NCBI RefSeq assembly: GCF_006345805.1
Contig: NC_042997.1
Span: 175,832,001 to 175,896,000 of the forward strand
Direction: 5' to 3'
DNA from: Octopus sinensis
Lineage: Eukaryota
Length of the DNA stretch: 64,000 nucleotides
Below, piece after piece: positions 39,830 through 51,950 of the stretch; position 1 is the first letter of the stretch; every line of letters begins with the position of its first letter. A model generated the notes under the pieces. It made no database searches. It was given only the letters and a program-made list of their open reading frames with translations, and was not told the DNA's origin. A program made the position numbers and the translations under genes.

Positions 39830-40034
39830 GATCAGGGGGGCTTACTTGAGGGTTAAGCAACAAAACCAAAGGATTCTACGAATACAACAGCTTTTGTCTT
39901 ACTAATCATAAAAGACGAATCTTTCTTAGTTTCGTCTTTTATTGGCTGTAATAATATTTTATTCAAATGCATCAATGTACTTCAAAGTTGAGCTAGATTC
40001 TTCATTACTACTGTTTTGCGAAGTCCTTAAACAC

Positions 40035-40240
40035 ATTTATTTCTTTACTACCCAGAAGGGGCTAAACACAGAGAGGACAAACAAGGACAGACAAACGGAT
40101 TAAGTCGATTATACTGACCCCAGTGCGTATCTGGTACTTATTTAAACTACCCTGAAAGGATGAAAGGCAATGTTGACCTCGGCGGAATTTGAATTCAGAA
40201 GGTAGCGGCAGACGAAATACTGCTAAGCATTTCGCACGCG
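40035..40240 (-). mobile_element. Nin/Deu-like SINE (5'-truncated)
   Basis: Same core and tail as other copies. Confidence 0.8.
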
Positions 40241-40731
40241 GAAATGTCGTTTAACCAACAGAGGAGCGTCATTTTTATTCTTTCTTTTTATTTATGTCAC
40301 TCTCATGTTTTCTTTTATTTTCCGTAACATTTTCTTATTGTCACCAGCTTGTTAAAGCGTTTTGGTTTACAAACAATTACTATTTTACAGTTTGTTTTCT
40401 GTGTACGTTTGGTTTTGTTAGTAGGCGTCTTGTTTCAGCTTTGAAGGAGTTGGACTTCTGAAGAGTAGTCTTCTTGTTTTGCACACTCAATACAAAAGCA
40501 AGTCTGTCCTTGATTTTGATCATTGTCTTCCTTCAGACATTGTTAGAGTTGTTACATGTAAAGAAGAAAAAAAGAAGGAAAGAAAGAAAGAAAGAAAGAA
40601 AGAAATAAAGAAAGAAAGAAAGAAAGGAAAACCTGTTTAGATGAATAGGTTGTGGAGCTATCTAATAGGACTCTTCAGCCGAGAGAGAGGCGCTATACAT
40701 TCGACGGTGTGACTTATCACGGCATGATATT

Positions 40732-40948
40732 CGAGGGGTTGCTGAAAAGTTCCTGGCTTTAAGGGTGTCGCGAAAGGCCTGCTTGGAGGCCCAACCTTCC
40801 GAGTTATTTTACGTGGCTTAGAAAATCTGAAGGACCGTTGCAAAAAGTGTGTGAATCTGACAGGGGAATATGTTGAATAAAATCATAATTTACTGATCCT
40901 CCTGTATTTTCTTTGACCTAAAGACAAGAACATCTTAACACCCCCTGG
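40732..40948 (+). mobile_element. Tc1/mariner MITE
   Basis: CGAGGGGTTGCTGAAAAGTTC...ACACCCCCTGG|TA; retains the mariner C-terminus GLENLKDRCKKCVNLTGEYVE*. Confidence 0.8.
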
Positions 40949-41067
40949 TATATAGTATTTATTCAATATGGAGAAAATGGAAAGTTACATTGTTTATGCA
41001 TTTTCAAGGAAAAATGCAGAACAAGAAAAGCGAAATTAGTTAAATGCTATTTTATGGTAATGAAGCT

Positions 41068-41225
41068 ATTGGCGCAATTTGTCTCTTACTCTATCGCGCG
41101 CCAATATGCAACCTAACCAATCGCAGTCTCCAAATAAATCACGTAAGACAGTCTATTCTAAACTTCAATTTTGAGCCTACAGTCAGCTATAAAAACTCAG
41201 CTTTTTCTCAGCTAAAATATCCTTT
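41068..41225 (+). mobile_element. Promoter-region fragment of the 24038 LTR family
   Basis: ATTGGCGCA...GCGCGCCAATATGCAACC...GAGCCTA...CTATAAAAA matches 24262-24415. Confidence 0.7.
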
Positions 41226-42064
41226 AACGGCGCAAAACCTCTAGCATCACCATTATCGTGGGGTTTAGTTTATCACAAATTTCAATGGAGATAAAAACAC
41301 ACGACCATTTTAGAGCCATCGTTGTCATGTGTATTGTTTTAGCCAACAATTTTTGGGTTTTCGTTCTTATATTAGAGCAATAACTAGTAAATTTGTTGAT
41401 GTGATAATTTCTCTCGCGACTGTTTCTTTAATGAAGATCTTTCCATGTGTATGTACATGCATATGGACGTGTTAAATATAACAGTACATAGCTTTATATT
41501 CAATCATTGCTCCTTGGTATACCTCAAATTAATTAATACCAGTTTGACAAAGCTTTGCATACATCAACAAATTTACAATGTACAGTTCATATATGAGAAC
41601 TACAGCCCTTAGTAGACTTTGAATGATGGATTTAGTGTCTGTAGCTGTTGTAGCGTTGCAGTATAGAAACACGTGTCTTGTAGTCCTATAGATGACAGCA
41701 TTCATAGCTCAGGGTAGTGTATTTTTCCACACACTATTTACAAGGAGAATTTCTCTTGAGATAGTTCCTGCATCAAAGATCTGTCTACGTTTGAGTGTAC
41801 ACAAGCGTGTTAAATATAACTACACAGTTTCATATTATCTAATTGACTTACCGATTTACATTTTCACAAATACAATTTGGATTAGATGCAGTTGTTTGGA
41901 CGTTGATGATTTGGCACGAATGACTGAACGTTCAGTCTTTTCTGGCGACAGTGCTTTTTGGCGCAGGAGAGAAACACATACATGCACGTATGCAGAATAC
42001 AAAGATGTATATATACAGATAGAAAACGTGAGAGATAGAGAAAGAAAGACATTATAATTTATTA

Positions 42065-42460
42065 ATTACTCTTTACTCTTTTACTTGTTTCAGTCATTTG
42101 ACTGCGGCCATGCTGGAGCACTGCCTTTAGTCGAGCAAATCGAACCCTAGTACTTATTCTATCGGTCTCTTTTGCCGAACCGCTAAGTCACGGAGACGTA
42201 AACACACCAGCATCGGTTGTCAAGCGATGTTGGGGAGACAAACACATACACGCAAACATGTACACACACATACATATACATATATGTACATATATACGAC
42301 GGGCTTCTTTCAATTTCCGTCTACCAAATCCACTCACAAGGCTTTGGTCGGCCCGAGGCTATAGTAGAAGACACTTGCCGAAGGTGCCACGCAGTGGGGC
42401 TGAACCCGGAACCATGTGGTTGGTAAGCAAGCTATCTACCACGCAGCCACTCCTACGCCT
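42065..42460 (-). mobile_element. tRNA-derived SINE (octopus OR-like)
   Basis: Reverse of GGCGTAGGAGTGGCTGCGTGGTAG...GGCACCTT.GGCAAGTGTCTTCTACTATAGCC; TAAAAGAG tail. Confidence 0.85.
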
Positions 42461-43671
42461 ACAATTGAACATGATTAACATAAAGACTTACCCTCTCCTG
42501 ATAACATAATGAGAAATATAGTCACACACATAAACAGAGAGAGAGAGAGGGAGAGGGGGGGAGAGAGAGAGAGAGAACGATAGAGAGAACGATAGAGAGG
42601 GATACAACGAGAAAAACATTACTACGTCTGATGTCAAAAATCAGTCAACGTTGAATCAGAAAGGCCAAACAGGCGGCGCCAAAACGTCTCTTCTCCAACG
42701 AATCATCTTTCAATTTTCTAAAATTCTCTATGATTGTTGTTGTTTCAAGTTAACGTCAGCAACTGCTCACAGGCAGACAGGAAAGGATCGTATTCATACT
42801 GGAGCCTATTAGCGTTTGTAGATTTGTTCTAGTAAGAAAAAAAGTTGCTCACGGGCTGTGAGCGAGATCTTTCGTTTAAAAATAGAAACTTGTGCTATTA
42901 TTTTTACATTGTTACATAAGAAAAGAAGGAAATGTGTATAAGATAGGTGTGGGTTATTGTAGAGTTAAATATAAATTTGTATGCTTGCGGGAAGTATATT
43001 GTAATTTCAAAGCCTTTGTCACGAAAATTGAGAGTAAGAACTTACGTCACTCCTTACTATAAATAACTACACCATTCCTCTTACTTCACTCCTTACTGTA
43101 AATAGCTACATCCTTCTTATCCATGAGTCATGCGCAGTGATTTCAATATAGCTTCCCAACCGTAACCGTGTCGTCTCATAACCTCTAACACGAAAACCAT
43201 AACCCCTTAGATTCAACCTCAACCCTAACTTACTAACCCTAAACCTAAATGAATCCTAACCAATAGTATTATCATGTATTGTAATACATTTTATTGAATA
43301 GTACTGCATGCGTTTAGCGAATGCGTAAAAATCAAAATGAAATAGACCGTTTAATTTTTTTTTGAAAAACTACTATTTCAGACAGTAAAGTACAAGATAG
43401 TTATGAATAAAATAAGTAAATTGTGGAAGCACTTGATATTTTAACCACTCCGTACAAAATACACTAACAATAAGAATGCAATCGAATCAATCAAGAGCAT
43501 AGAAAATAGCATTTTTCTCGAGGAATGGGAATTTAAATTTGACACGTGTTCTGGGGCAGCTGTAGGAATCAATCATTTTCGAATATTAGTAGAATTAAAA
43601 AATAGGGCCGCACTATATACACTTTTGTCATGATCCAGGGATGCAAGAGGAGCCGAAATACCACTATGAGT

Positions 43672-44210
43672 TATTGAAACAACGTCTGGAAGCCGTTCAG
43701 CGACGTGCAACCCAAAGAATACCCTCCATCAGGCATTTGCCATATTCTGAACGCCTTAATTCCCTGGGCATGGACACATTGAAACTCCGACGTCTGGCAG
43801 CTGACTTGGCAGACACCCATAAAATTATTAACCATCTTACAAACAATAACTCTGAGCACCTTTTCAAACACCAGCCGTCTAACACCCGTGGACATATTTA
43901 CAAAGTCAGAAAACAGCACAGCACTTTAGGAAACATTTTTTCACACTGAGAGTTGCTGAAGCATGGAACAAACTGCCGGCATCAGTTGTTAGTTGTCGGA
44001 GCACTGCATCCTTCAAAACTTCCATGCTTTCTGAGATTCGCCAACACTACACCTGACTTTCTCCCCTCCATACACACACAAGCATGTATCTGACTCATAC
44101 ACTGTTCGCTTTCCAGACATTTGTACATTACTGCATATACTTTATACGCACTTACTGACAAGTTGTGGTTCACCTGAGCACTGTATACAATAATTTCATT
44201 ATTATTATTA
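43672..44210 (+). mobile_element. CR1-clade LINE 3' fragment
   Basis: LEAVQRRAT..LPYSERL..L.LRRL..DL...NTRGH...RVAEAWNKLP; (ATT)n tail. Confidence 0.92.
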
Positions 44211-44759
44211 AATGCCAAATTTATACAGTTTATTTACCACATAAACCATTCATCAACTGAACGTACCTGCTTGCAACATAGCAAGTTAATGAGGGTAACA
44301 TCTGTGTGGTTGTTCGACTCACAAGAAATAGCAATCAAAATCTCCCACAAATCATATTTTATTATGTTGAAAAAAAGGACGTATTTCATGAGCGTAGCCA
44401 AGATTTCGATTGAGGGTTCCCAAATATTAAAATAAATCCACCATTTGTTGTCTAATTTACAAAAATAAATGTTAGATAATTATACTTGCATGAAGTGGTG
44501 TAAAAGTTCTCCGAATCTATCGAGCCCCACCAAGATACCAGGGGTAGAAGCATTTGATAAAAGTGTTTCTTGTTGGCCTGTTCCTGAGAAAAGATTAAGT
44601 AGTTACGACTGGAATAGCTCTTGATCAAAGATTCGCTCAATCAAAGCTCACATTGGACTTAACAACAACTAACAGAGAAGCAGAGCAAATATTGAGATTT
44701 GATTAAACATTTGATCTCTTCTCCTCCGGCAGCTGTACATCAATGCAGGAATAAAAAGA

Positions 44760-45500
44760 CAAAAAGAAAAACAGCCTCAAGACAAACGACAACGGTGTGC
44801 AAAGACACCGAAAAGAGAGATAGTGCCGCAATTCAAATATCTGAAACAGATGTGGAGGCGCAATGTGGTTAGGGCAGCGGACTCGCGGTCATAGGATTGC
44901 GGTTTCGATTCCCAGACCGGGCGTTGTGAGTGTTCATTGAGCGAAAACACCTAAAAGCTCCACGAGGTTCCGGCAGGGGATGGTGGTGATCCCTGCTGTA
45001 CTCTTTCACCACAACTTTCTCTCACTCTTACTTCCTCTTTCTGTTGTACCTGTATTTCAAGGGGCCGGCCTTGTCACTCTCTGTGTCACGCTGAATATCC
45101 CCGAGAACTACGTTAAGGGTGCACGTGTCTGTGGAGTGCTCAGCCACTTACACGTTAATTTCACGAGCAGGCTGTTCTGTTGATTCAGATCAACCGGAAC
45201 CCTCATCGTCGTAACCGACGGAGTGCTTCCATTCCCATCTGAAACAGATATTAATAATAAAGGAACAAAACTAGAAGCATTTGCAAACATCGTTCAGTCA
45301 ATGACAGCACTAATCAAACCAAAACCAGTATGGAGAGATAGAAATATCACCATGGAGAACAAACTTACTCCTGCATGCACAGCTACTCTCCATCTTCTTG
45401 TACGAGTGCAGGATATGACTTCTCACTACAGGGAAAAAGACTCTGATATCATAAATTAAATGCCATTTTTCAAAACCATTCAGCCTCACGTTGGCTCCCA
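44760..45500 (+). pseudogene. Decayed RTE C-terminal fragment interrupted by a SINE
   Basis: QFKYL; KPVWRDRNITMENK..LSIFLYEC. Confidence 0.55.
44853..45230 (+). mobile_element. tRNA-derived SINE
   Basis: GGAGGCGCAATG...GGTTTCGATTCCC; TSD ATCTGAAACAGAT. Confidence 0.85.
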
Positions 45501-45751
45501 TCAAGACCTCACAATTGTGAAGAAAACAAAACTAATGGCGACAGGGGTAAAATGGACGAAAAACATGAAATAAACTGGCAAAACATTAGCGAAAACCCGA
45601 ACTCTGGCACACTGTTGCTGGCATAGAAGACTAGTGTTCATCAGTGTTCTCGACGGCACCCTTAGGAAGGCAAAATGAAAAAGGGATCTAACGAGAATAA
45701 TTTCTCTCGACCTTCTCGCAAATTCGAGAAAATTCTAGAAGCTTTCAATTA

Positions 45752-45860
45752 ACTTCCGGTTGACGTGGAAGTCAGGGACTTCCGGTTCATCCCTTATATA
45801 AAGCGAACGCATTTCTAATTTCGCGCTCCTTTTGCCTGTCGGTTCCTAGGCGTACGCATT
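45752..45860 (+). promoter_or_regulatory. Pol II core promoter, TATA plus TCT/5'TOP-like initiator
   Basis: ACTTCCGG x2 (45752, 45778), TGACGTGG (45761), TATATAAAG (45795), CTCCTTTT ~31 nt downstream; locally CpG-rich. Confidence 0.7.
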
Positions 45861-46297
45861 GAACTACGCCACTCTCTCGCTCTCACACACACACATCCGC
45901 ACGCGCGCATATTCGCCTTATTTTGCTTTGATACATGTGGTTGCAAAGTATGTTCAGGTAATATGTTATGACTTATTATGAACGTCTCACAAGTTCTTAA
46001 TTTTCTCGTCGCTTTACGTACAAGATGGTAAACCCCTCTTTCTCGCATGGAACCGTAAAATTGTCGATTGTCACATACTGACATCACTACACGAGTTTCG
46101 TTTTACCGATTTTTGGATAAAAAAACAGAAAGAAATTGATGCGAATACATCATGTTTCATTCGAAGATCGGTAATGGGAAACTCGGAGTAACGATTTATG
46201 AAGTTTTTCAATTTCCAATTAAATTTCGCGCGTGCGCGCATTAACTGACTGAAGCTGTCCCGCACAGATGACAGTATACAAACTGCCTACAATTTGG

Positions 46298-46747
46298 GGG
46301 TCTTTTCGGTTTGAATGGCAGTTTTTTCTAGCGGTGTCATATGAAATTGTCACCCATAATTATGACCCTAGTATCGATGTATTGCATTTCAATCTATTTT
46401 AGGGCTAGGGTTAGACTTAGAGTTAGTTAGGGTTAGGGTTAGGGTTATGGGTGGGGGAAGGGTATCTTTTTTACTTCACAAATGTAAATAAACCCAATCT
46501 GTTTCTTAAACGAGGGGCAAATTCATACGGCACAGAATGTTTTCACCTCAATAGACGTCATTGATTGGTTGAAATTTGCAGAAATTGAAGAAAAAAACAA
46601 CAAATATCTTACAAACCATAGAATTTTCTCAATAAAGCCAAGAGAAAAAGATGTTTTATAAACACATTCTACCAGTATACGAAGTTTAAAAGTGTTTAGT
46701 TACGTGGAAATTATTTTAAAAAACTGCCGTTCAAACCGAAAAGATCC
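46298..46747. mobile_element. Merlin-like MITE (family A) with 49-bp flanking duplication
   Basis: TIRs; 46249-46297 repeated at 46748-46796 with 1 mismatch. Confidence 0.9.
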
Positions 46748-47149
46748 CTGAAGCTGTCCCGCACAGATGACAGTATACGAACTGCCTACAATTTGGACTG
46801 CAACTCGTCATATTACATTGACTCAGCCCTTGATTACTGTTCTCTAAATAAACAACACAGTCTTAACAATTAATCAGTTCAACTTAATCTCACATCTCAG
46901 CCGGAACTGTTTTAATCCCTTGTTAATCCGATCATTTTTATCATTTCACACTGTTGTGATGTACGGTCTAAGGTCGGAGGCAAAGCGTTCGGCATATTTA
47001 GCCCGCTGCACGGTTTCGTTTCCCAATTTAAAATCTAAAAGGTTTTATGTTTATACATACACATGCATACATACATACACACACACATACATACGTACAT
47101 GCATGCATACATAGGTACACAAACACACACACACACACTGATCCACACA

Positions 47150-47332
47150 CATGTGCACAAACAAACAAAAAAGAACGCAGTGTAAATAACGGACAGATTG
47201 AAGACTATTGGAAAGGTTGCAAGACGCAACGAAAATTTTAGGAAAATAAAAATAAGAAATAAGTGGAAATTTTACCGGTGAGTGTGTTACATTATAAGGC
47301 ATGGAAAGAAAATTATTCTCCCCAGACACAAC
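47150..47332 (-). repeat. Unclassified dispersed repeat (second copy at 61912-62110)
   Basis: TGTTGTGTCTG.GGAGA...CACACTCACCGGTAAAATTTC shared between the two copies. Confidence 0.75.
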
Positions 47333-47455
47333 ATGATAAATAAAATATATAAATAAATAACACTAAGCAAAAGAAAAAAAAAAACCCATACATTTCTTTG
47401 AAGTGGAAAAAGTTAACGACCCGATTTTAATTTCTGCTGGGAGGTATTTTAATTC

Positions 47456-47618
47456 GGCGTAACTTCGGTATAGGTACCAGATGTACCGGATACATTTCAA
47501 GTGTTTTTTTTTCTATATATGGGGGTTAGGGTTAAGGTTAGGGGTGGGAGAAAACGGTTTCTGTTATCTTCAGAAATGTAAACAAAGCCACTTACGGTAC
47601 CTATACCGAAGGATCGCC
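47456..47618. mobile_element. Merlin-like MITE (family C) with TTAGGG repeats
   Basis: TIR GGCG...CTTCGGTATAGGTACC; perfect 8-bp TSD TTTAATTC. Confidence 0.85.
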
Positions 47619-48091
47619 TTTAATTCATTTCTGTTTTAAATGACAAAACATATGCTTCGCAACTTTCATTTTCCAAAAGTTTATTTGCTTAAATTTAACT
47701 GCTAACATGCTGATAACTGTCAGTTGCAATGTTTTCACATTTTCATATTAAAAAAAAATTACCAATAAACTGAGTTTTTCACTAATGTAGTTAAAAGATG
47801 GCGTGGTGGGGTAAATTAACTATGTTGCTAAGGATATGACAGAAACAATAAGCCTAATTATTGTCACATTCAGGGCTTGGTACACGCTAATACTACTTCT
47901 ATATTAAATTATAGATATAGTTTACCAGCATGCTACCTAATGGACATAAGTTCCTACCCACTGATGTCTGAGAATATATTCTTAGTAAGGATTGAGCAGC
48001 CAAAAAAATGTGATGAATGATTTCTTTAAGAAAATTGCTTAATTTGTATTTGACAGCAGTCTTTTGTTTCGCTATTATTATTTATTATTTA

Positions 48092-48392
48092 CTAGCAGTA
48101 TCACCCGGCGTTGCTCGGGTTTGTAAGGGAAATAACTATATAAGCATTTTTAGAGAGTTACTTCCCTTATATAGATCGAGCAAAAATGGATTAAAAATGC
48201 GGAAAAATTATGGTAATTTTTTTTTTAATCGTAGACTCATCGTAGACGCGCGCTAATACCCAGAAGGGCTCGACATGAATCACGACTATAATATACCCGC
48301 TTTTGGTTAAACTGCACCGCAAAACGTGGGAGTAGTTAGGAATCCAAATCGAAGTAGACAGACACACACAACTACAGTTTTATATATAAAGA
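48092..48392 (-). mobile_element. Non-autonomous Helitron
   Basis: A|TCTTTATATATAAAA 5' end; hairpin plus CTAG|T 3' end. Confidence 0.85.
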
Positions 48393-48924
48393 TTTATGTT
48401 GTATTGCTAGTGAAGCGAAACGCTTCCTTGATTCTTAAGCAGATTATTCTGTGAGTCTCCTTTCTATACTGTTCGGCATTAGTTCTAAGCAATTTATTGA
48501 GAGTCAACTATTACATCTAGATAAGGCCTAATGTTTCTTGAGGATCCTTAGGTTAAATACAGTTCAAATCAGATTACACTGAAAAAGCCTTTGTTAAGCC
48601 TAACCTAATTTAAGTACGAAAATATTATAAATATAGAACCCAAATTCAATTGTTCCTCTTTCACGTGGCCCCTCGCTAAAGGAGTATTTGGACGCATGAC
48701 ATGTCATCGAGGAAACATTCAACTTTCACCCTCTCTACTCGTCAACTCAGAGTAGTAAACTTCCCTTACGCTTTCTCTCCTCTTCTTCCATCCGCCTTCT
48801 AAAAGTCAACTAAATGACCACAGTTACTTAAGAAATGGAACTTCAACTAATTTTTATACAACTCGAAGCAGTTGCATTTTATTTTGCAACAGTAAAATAA
48901 AAGGCTATTCCAACAAATTTTCTC

Positions 48925-49017
48925 CTGAGTACCTTGCGGTTGGGGTTTGAACCACCCGCTACATGCTAAATAATAGCATGTAGCGGGTGGTTCAAACCCC
49001 AACCGCAAGATACTCAG
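48925..49017. repeat. 44-bp-arm hairpin palindrome
   Basis: Arms 48925-48968 and 48974-49017, 1 mismatch, loop AATAA. Confidence 0.95.
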
Positions 49018-50144
49018 TTAGATTCCAGGAGTGAGTCACCACAGTTTCACATGATTGATCTTCATGACCAATCGGAAATCGACCAATCATCGTGAAGCTG
49101 TAGCGTGATATGGCTTGCTCGACCGTTTTAGAATTTGTGACGAAAGAACTCTGGCCGAAATAAGATTAAGATTAATGTAAAAAATAAATAACGCTGAAGC
49201 AAAGTAACACCAAATATATAGTGCGTGTGTGTTTATTGGCTAAACTGGCAAAATGACCATTCCTAAATACAACAACGTATAAAAACAGTTTGACGACTAT
49301 CTCATGGCAGAGTGTTGAGAGCGGCCGACTGATTAACACACCTCACCTCCTACCAAGCAGACAATCTCTGACATTTGAGCTGGCAGTTTCGGATTTTCGC
49401 GCAGACGTCTCGTTCCTCGGACAGACTGATTCTGAACGTTCACAAGATGTTGCAATAGTAGCTTAAACGTCGAAAATTCCCGCCTTGATTTTTTCATAAT
49501 TTAAATTTTGAAGTTATGTATTTGAAACTCTCACCATTCGTATCTAAAGCGTTTACATATTGTTTAATGAAGCCTAGTTTGATATGCAGAGGTGGATATC
49601 TCTGGTCACTAAAAGCGGATTAATTAGGTTTTTTTCTCCGACAGTAAGTGATGTTTGTGCTGGTCAGATTTGTTTGAAATAATGTTCTTTTTTGGCTCTG
49701 CTGTCCCATAAGCAAAGGAAACGGGGATATTTAGTATACATTGCTTGTAGTTCTAGCAGAAAATTAACCATTTTAAAGTTAACACATATGATCTACTCGT
49801 ACTCCCCATATTTGATAAGATTTAAAAGCTTTTCTATATGTTCATACTTTTTAAAAAATTTTGCTAAGTGCCCAATCGGTATCGAACCGTATAAACTGCT
49901 ATAATGCAAAAACACACACTTAAGACTTCTTTTCGAACTGTATAAAAACAAGCGCTAATCATTTGCATCGTAAGACTCAACCCCTATCTCTTGTAACAAA
50001 CCAGGTATGCCGCAGTAACAAACTACAATTTATCGAAATATTTATGAAATTTTTATCGAAATAAAAAGTATTGTTGACTCTTCTTTAGTCAGTGATGGTC
50101 ATCCTGAAGGAAACAGTCATCACTTACATAATACATACATTCAA

Positions 50145-50349
50145 TATGTGACCGCGTGTGTATCGTTGGTGATTTTCCCTCCGTCTTCCCTTCCTTGGAT
50201 CTTTTCTTTTCCTATGTTTCTGACGAAGAGCTCCGCTCGAAACGTTAAATCCTTCTTCCTTTCCTTTCCTGAGCGTCCAATAACACTATACATGTTCCAC
50301 GTCCTCGCGTTGTTGTGTTTTCTCTTTGTGTTTTCATGTTTGGATTAAC

Positions 50350-50350
<1 letters not shown>
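50145..50350 (+). mobile_element. Solo Penelope-type pLTR / retrozyme-like unit in (CATA)n
   Basis: ~200-bp pyrimidine-rich unit carrying a hammerhead, flanked by CATA repeats. Confidence 0.6.
50216..50251 (+). ncRNA. Minimal type I hammerhead ribozyme
   Basis: GTTT-CTGACGA-A-GAGC-TCC-GCTC-GAAA-CGTT-AAAT; palindromic stem III AACGTT. Confidence 0.75.
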
Positions 50351-50386
<36 letters not shown>

Positions 50387-50577
50387 CTTCAAATCCAATA
50401 TATTAGTGGCACAGTGAAAACTTGTAAAACATTCCAAAGATTCTCCATCTGAGAATCTTTAGTTGAATAGATGCACGCACTTGAGTGTGTGCATCTCTTG
50501 AACTCTCTTATAAGAACTTAAGTAAAACTCAAGAAAAATCACACACACATATGCACGCACACCCACTCACGCGCGCG

Positions 50578-50609
<32 letters not shown>

Positions 50610-50910
50610 TACATACATACATACATACATACCAACCCGTCTGGAGCCAAATATAGTTGAACTTGGGCTTTTGGGAGAGAGAAAGCAAGCCCTTACACGA
50701 TAAATGATTACGATATCTAGGACTATAAAAATCTACAAGACCTTAAGATTTAAAGAATGATGAACAAAGCAAGATCCTTTCCCTGGCAACGTTGCTACCA
50801 TGTGGCCGGTCTAAAATTAACTCTAAATTAAAACGAGAAAAAGAACACATACATACACACATACATACACACACACACATACATACATACATACATTACA
50901 CACACGCACG

Positions 50911-50948
<38 letters not shown>

Positions 50949-51636
50949 TACATACATACATACATACATACATACATACATACATACATACATACATACA
51001 TACATACATAGAGATAGCTGATTTACAGAAAGCCATCAGCCATGTGATGATGCTTATTGCTTGTAAACAAGCAAATCACTTTACGTCTCACCAACACAAA
51101 GTGAAGGAGATAGAAGTGATATTTGCAGATAACAACAAGAGAACATACAATTGCAAACTGATCAGCCTCAAGTAGGAACTGAAAGCTGTCATTGGGAAAC
51201 TCCGACACCAGAAGAGGATAACCGAGAGAAAAACAATAAACAAAACGTTTAACCGGAACCAGGCAGCAGTGTGCAGAGACATGAGAGGAGAAGCAGTGAA
51301 CATCACAGAAGATCCTTCACGAGAAGACATAGACTGTTTCTGGAGGATAATCTGGAGCGAAGAGATGGAGTTTAACCAAGATGCTTTGTGGCTGGAAGAA
51401 ATTCGAAGAAGTTATTGTCCCTGAATTACACTCAAGATATACAACATTGATAGTGATACCCTTGTGACTGTAATACAGAAATTTCATGATGGAAAAGCAT
51501 CTGCAAGAGACTTGATTGTTGGATACTGGTACAAGTATCTAATAGTCTACCGACCATATCTTATCAACCTGTATCAGCAAGCTCTTAATGGGAATAGCAA
51601 CATACCAGACTAGTTAGCTCTGGTAGAAACAAAACT

Positions 51637-51864
51637 TTTAAGGCGGCGAGCTGGCAGAATCGTTAGCATGCCGGGCGAAATGCTTAGCAGTATTTCGTCT
51701 GCCGCTACGTTCTGAGTTCAAATTCCGTCGAGGTCGACTTTGCCTTTCATCCTTTTGGAGTCGATAAATTAAGTACCAGTTACGCACTGAGGTCGATGTA
51801 ATCGACTTAATCCCTTTGTTTGTCCCCTCTGTGTTTAGCCCCTTGTGGGCAATAAAGAAATAAA
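51637..51864 (+). mobile_element. Nin/Deu-like SINE nested in the Dong element
   Basis: AAGGCGGCGAGCTGGCAG head and core. Confidence 0.85.
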
Positions 51865-51950
51865 AGACAAAACGGATCCCCAAAGGCAGAACCAGCCACA
51901 TGACAAAAAACTACCGGCCAATTGCGTGCCAGAACTTAATGTGTAAAAAA

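Noticed and set aside
40660-40690. Minus-strand CTGAAGAGTCC as a hammerhead
   Set aside because: No closing stem II or GAAA
43195-43265. Interstitial telomere
   Set aside because: Only a few degenerate CCCTAA units; probably an old MITE remnant
47940-48060. C/D snoRNA downstream of the TOP-like promoter (GTGATGA at ~48010)
   Set aside because: No suitably placed CTGA D box or terminal stem
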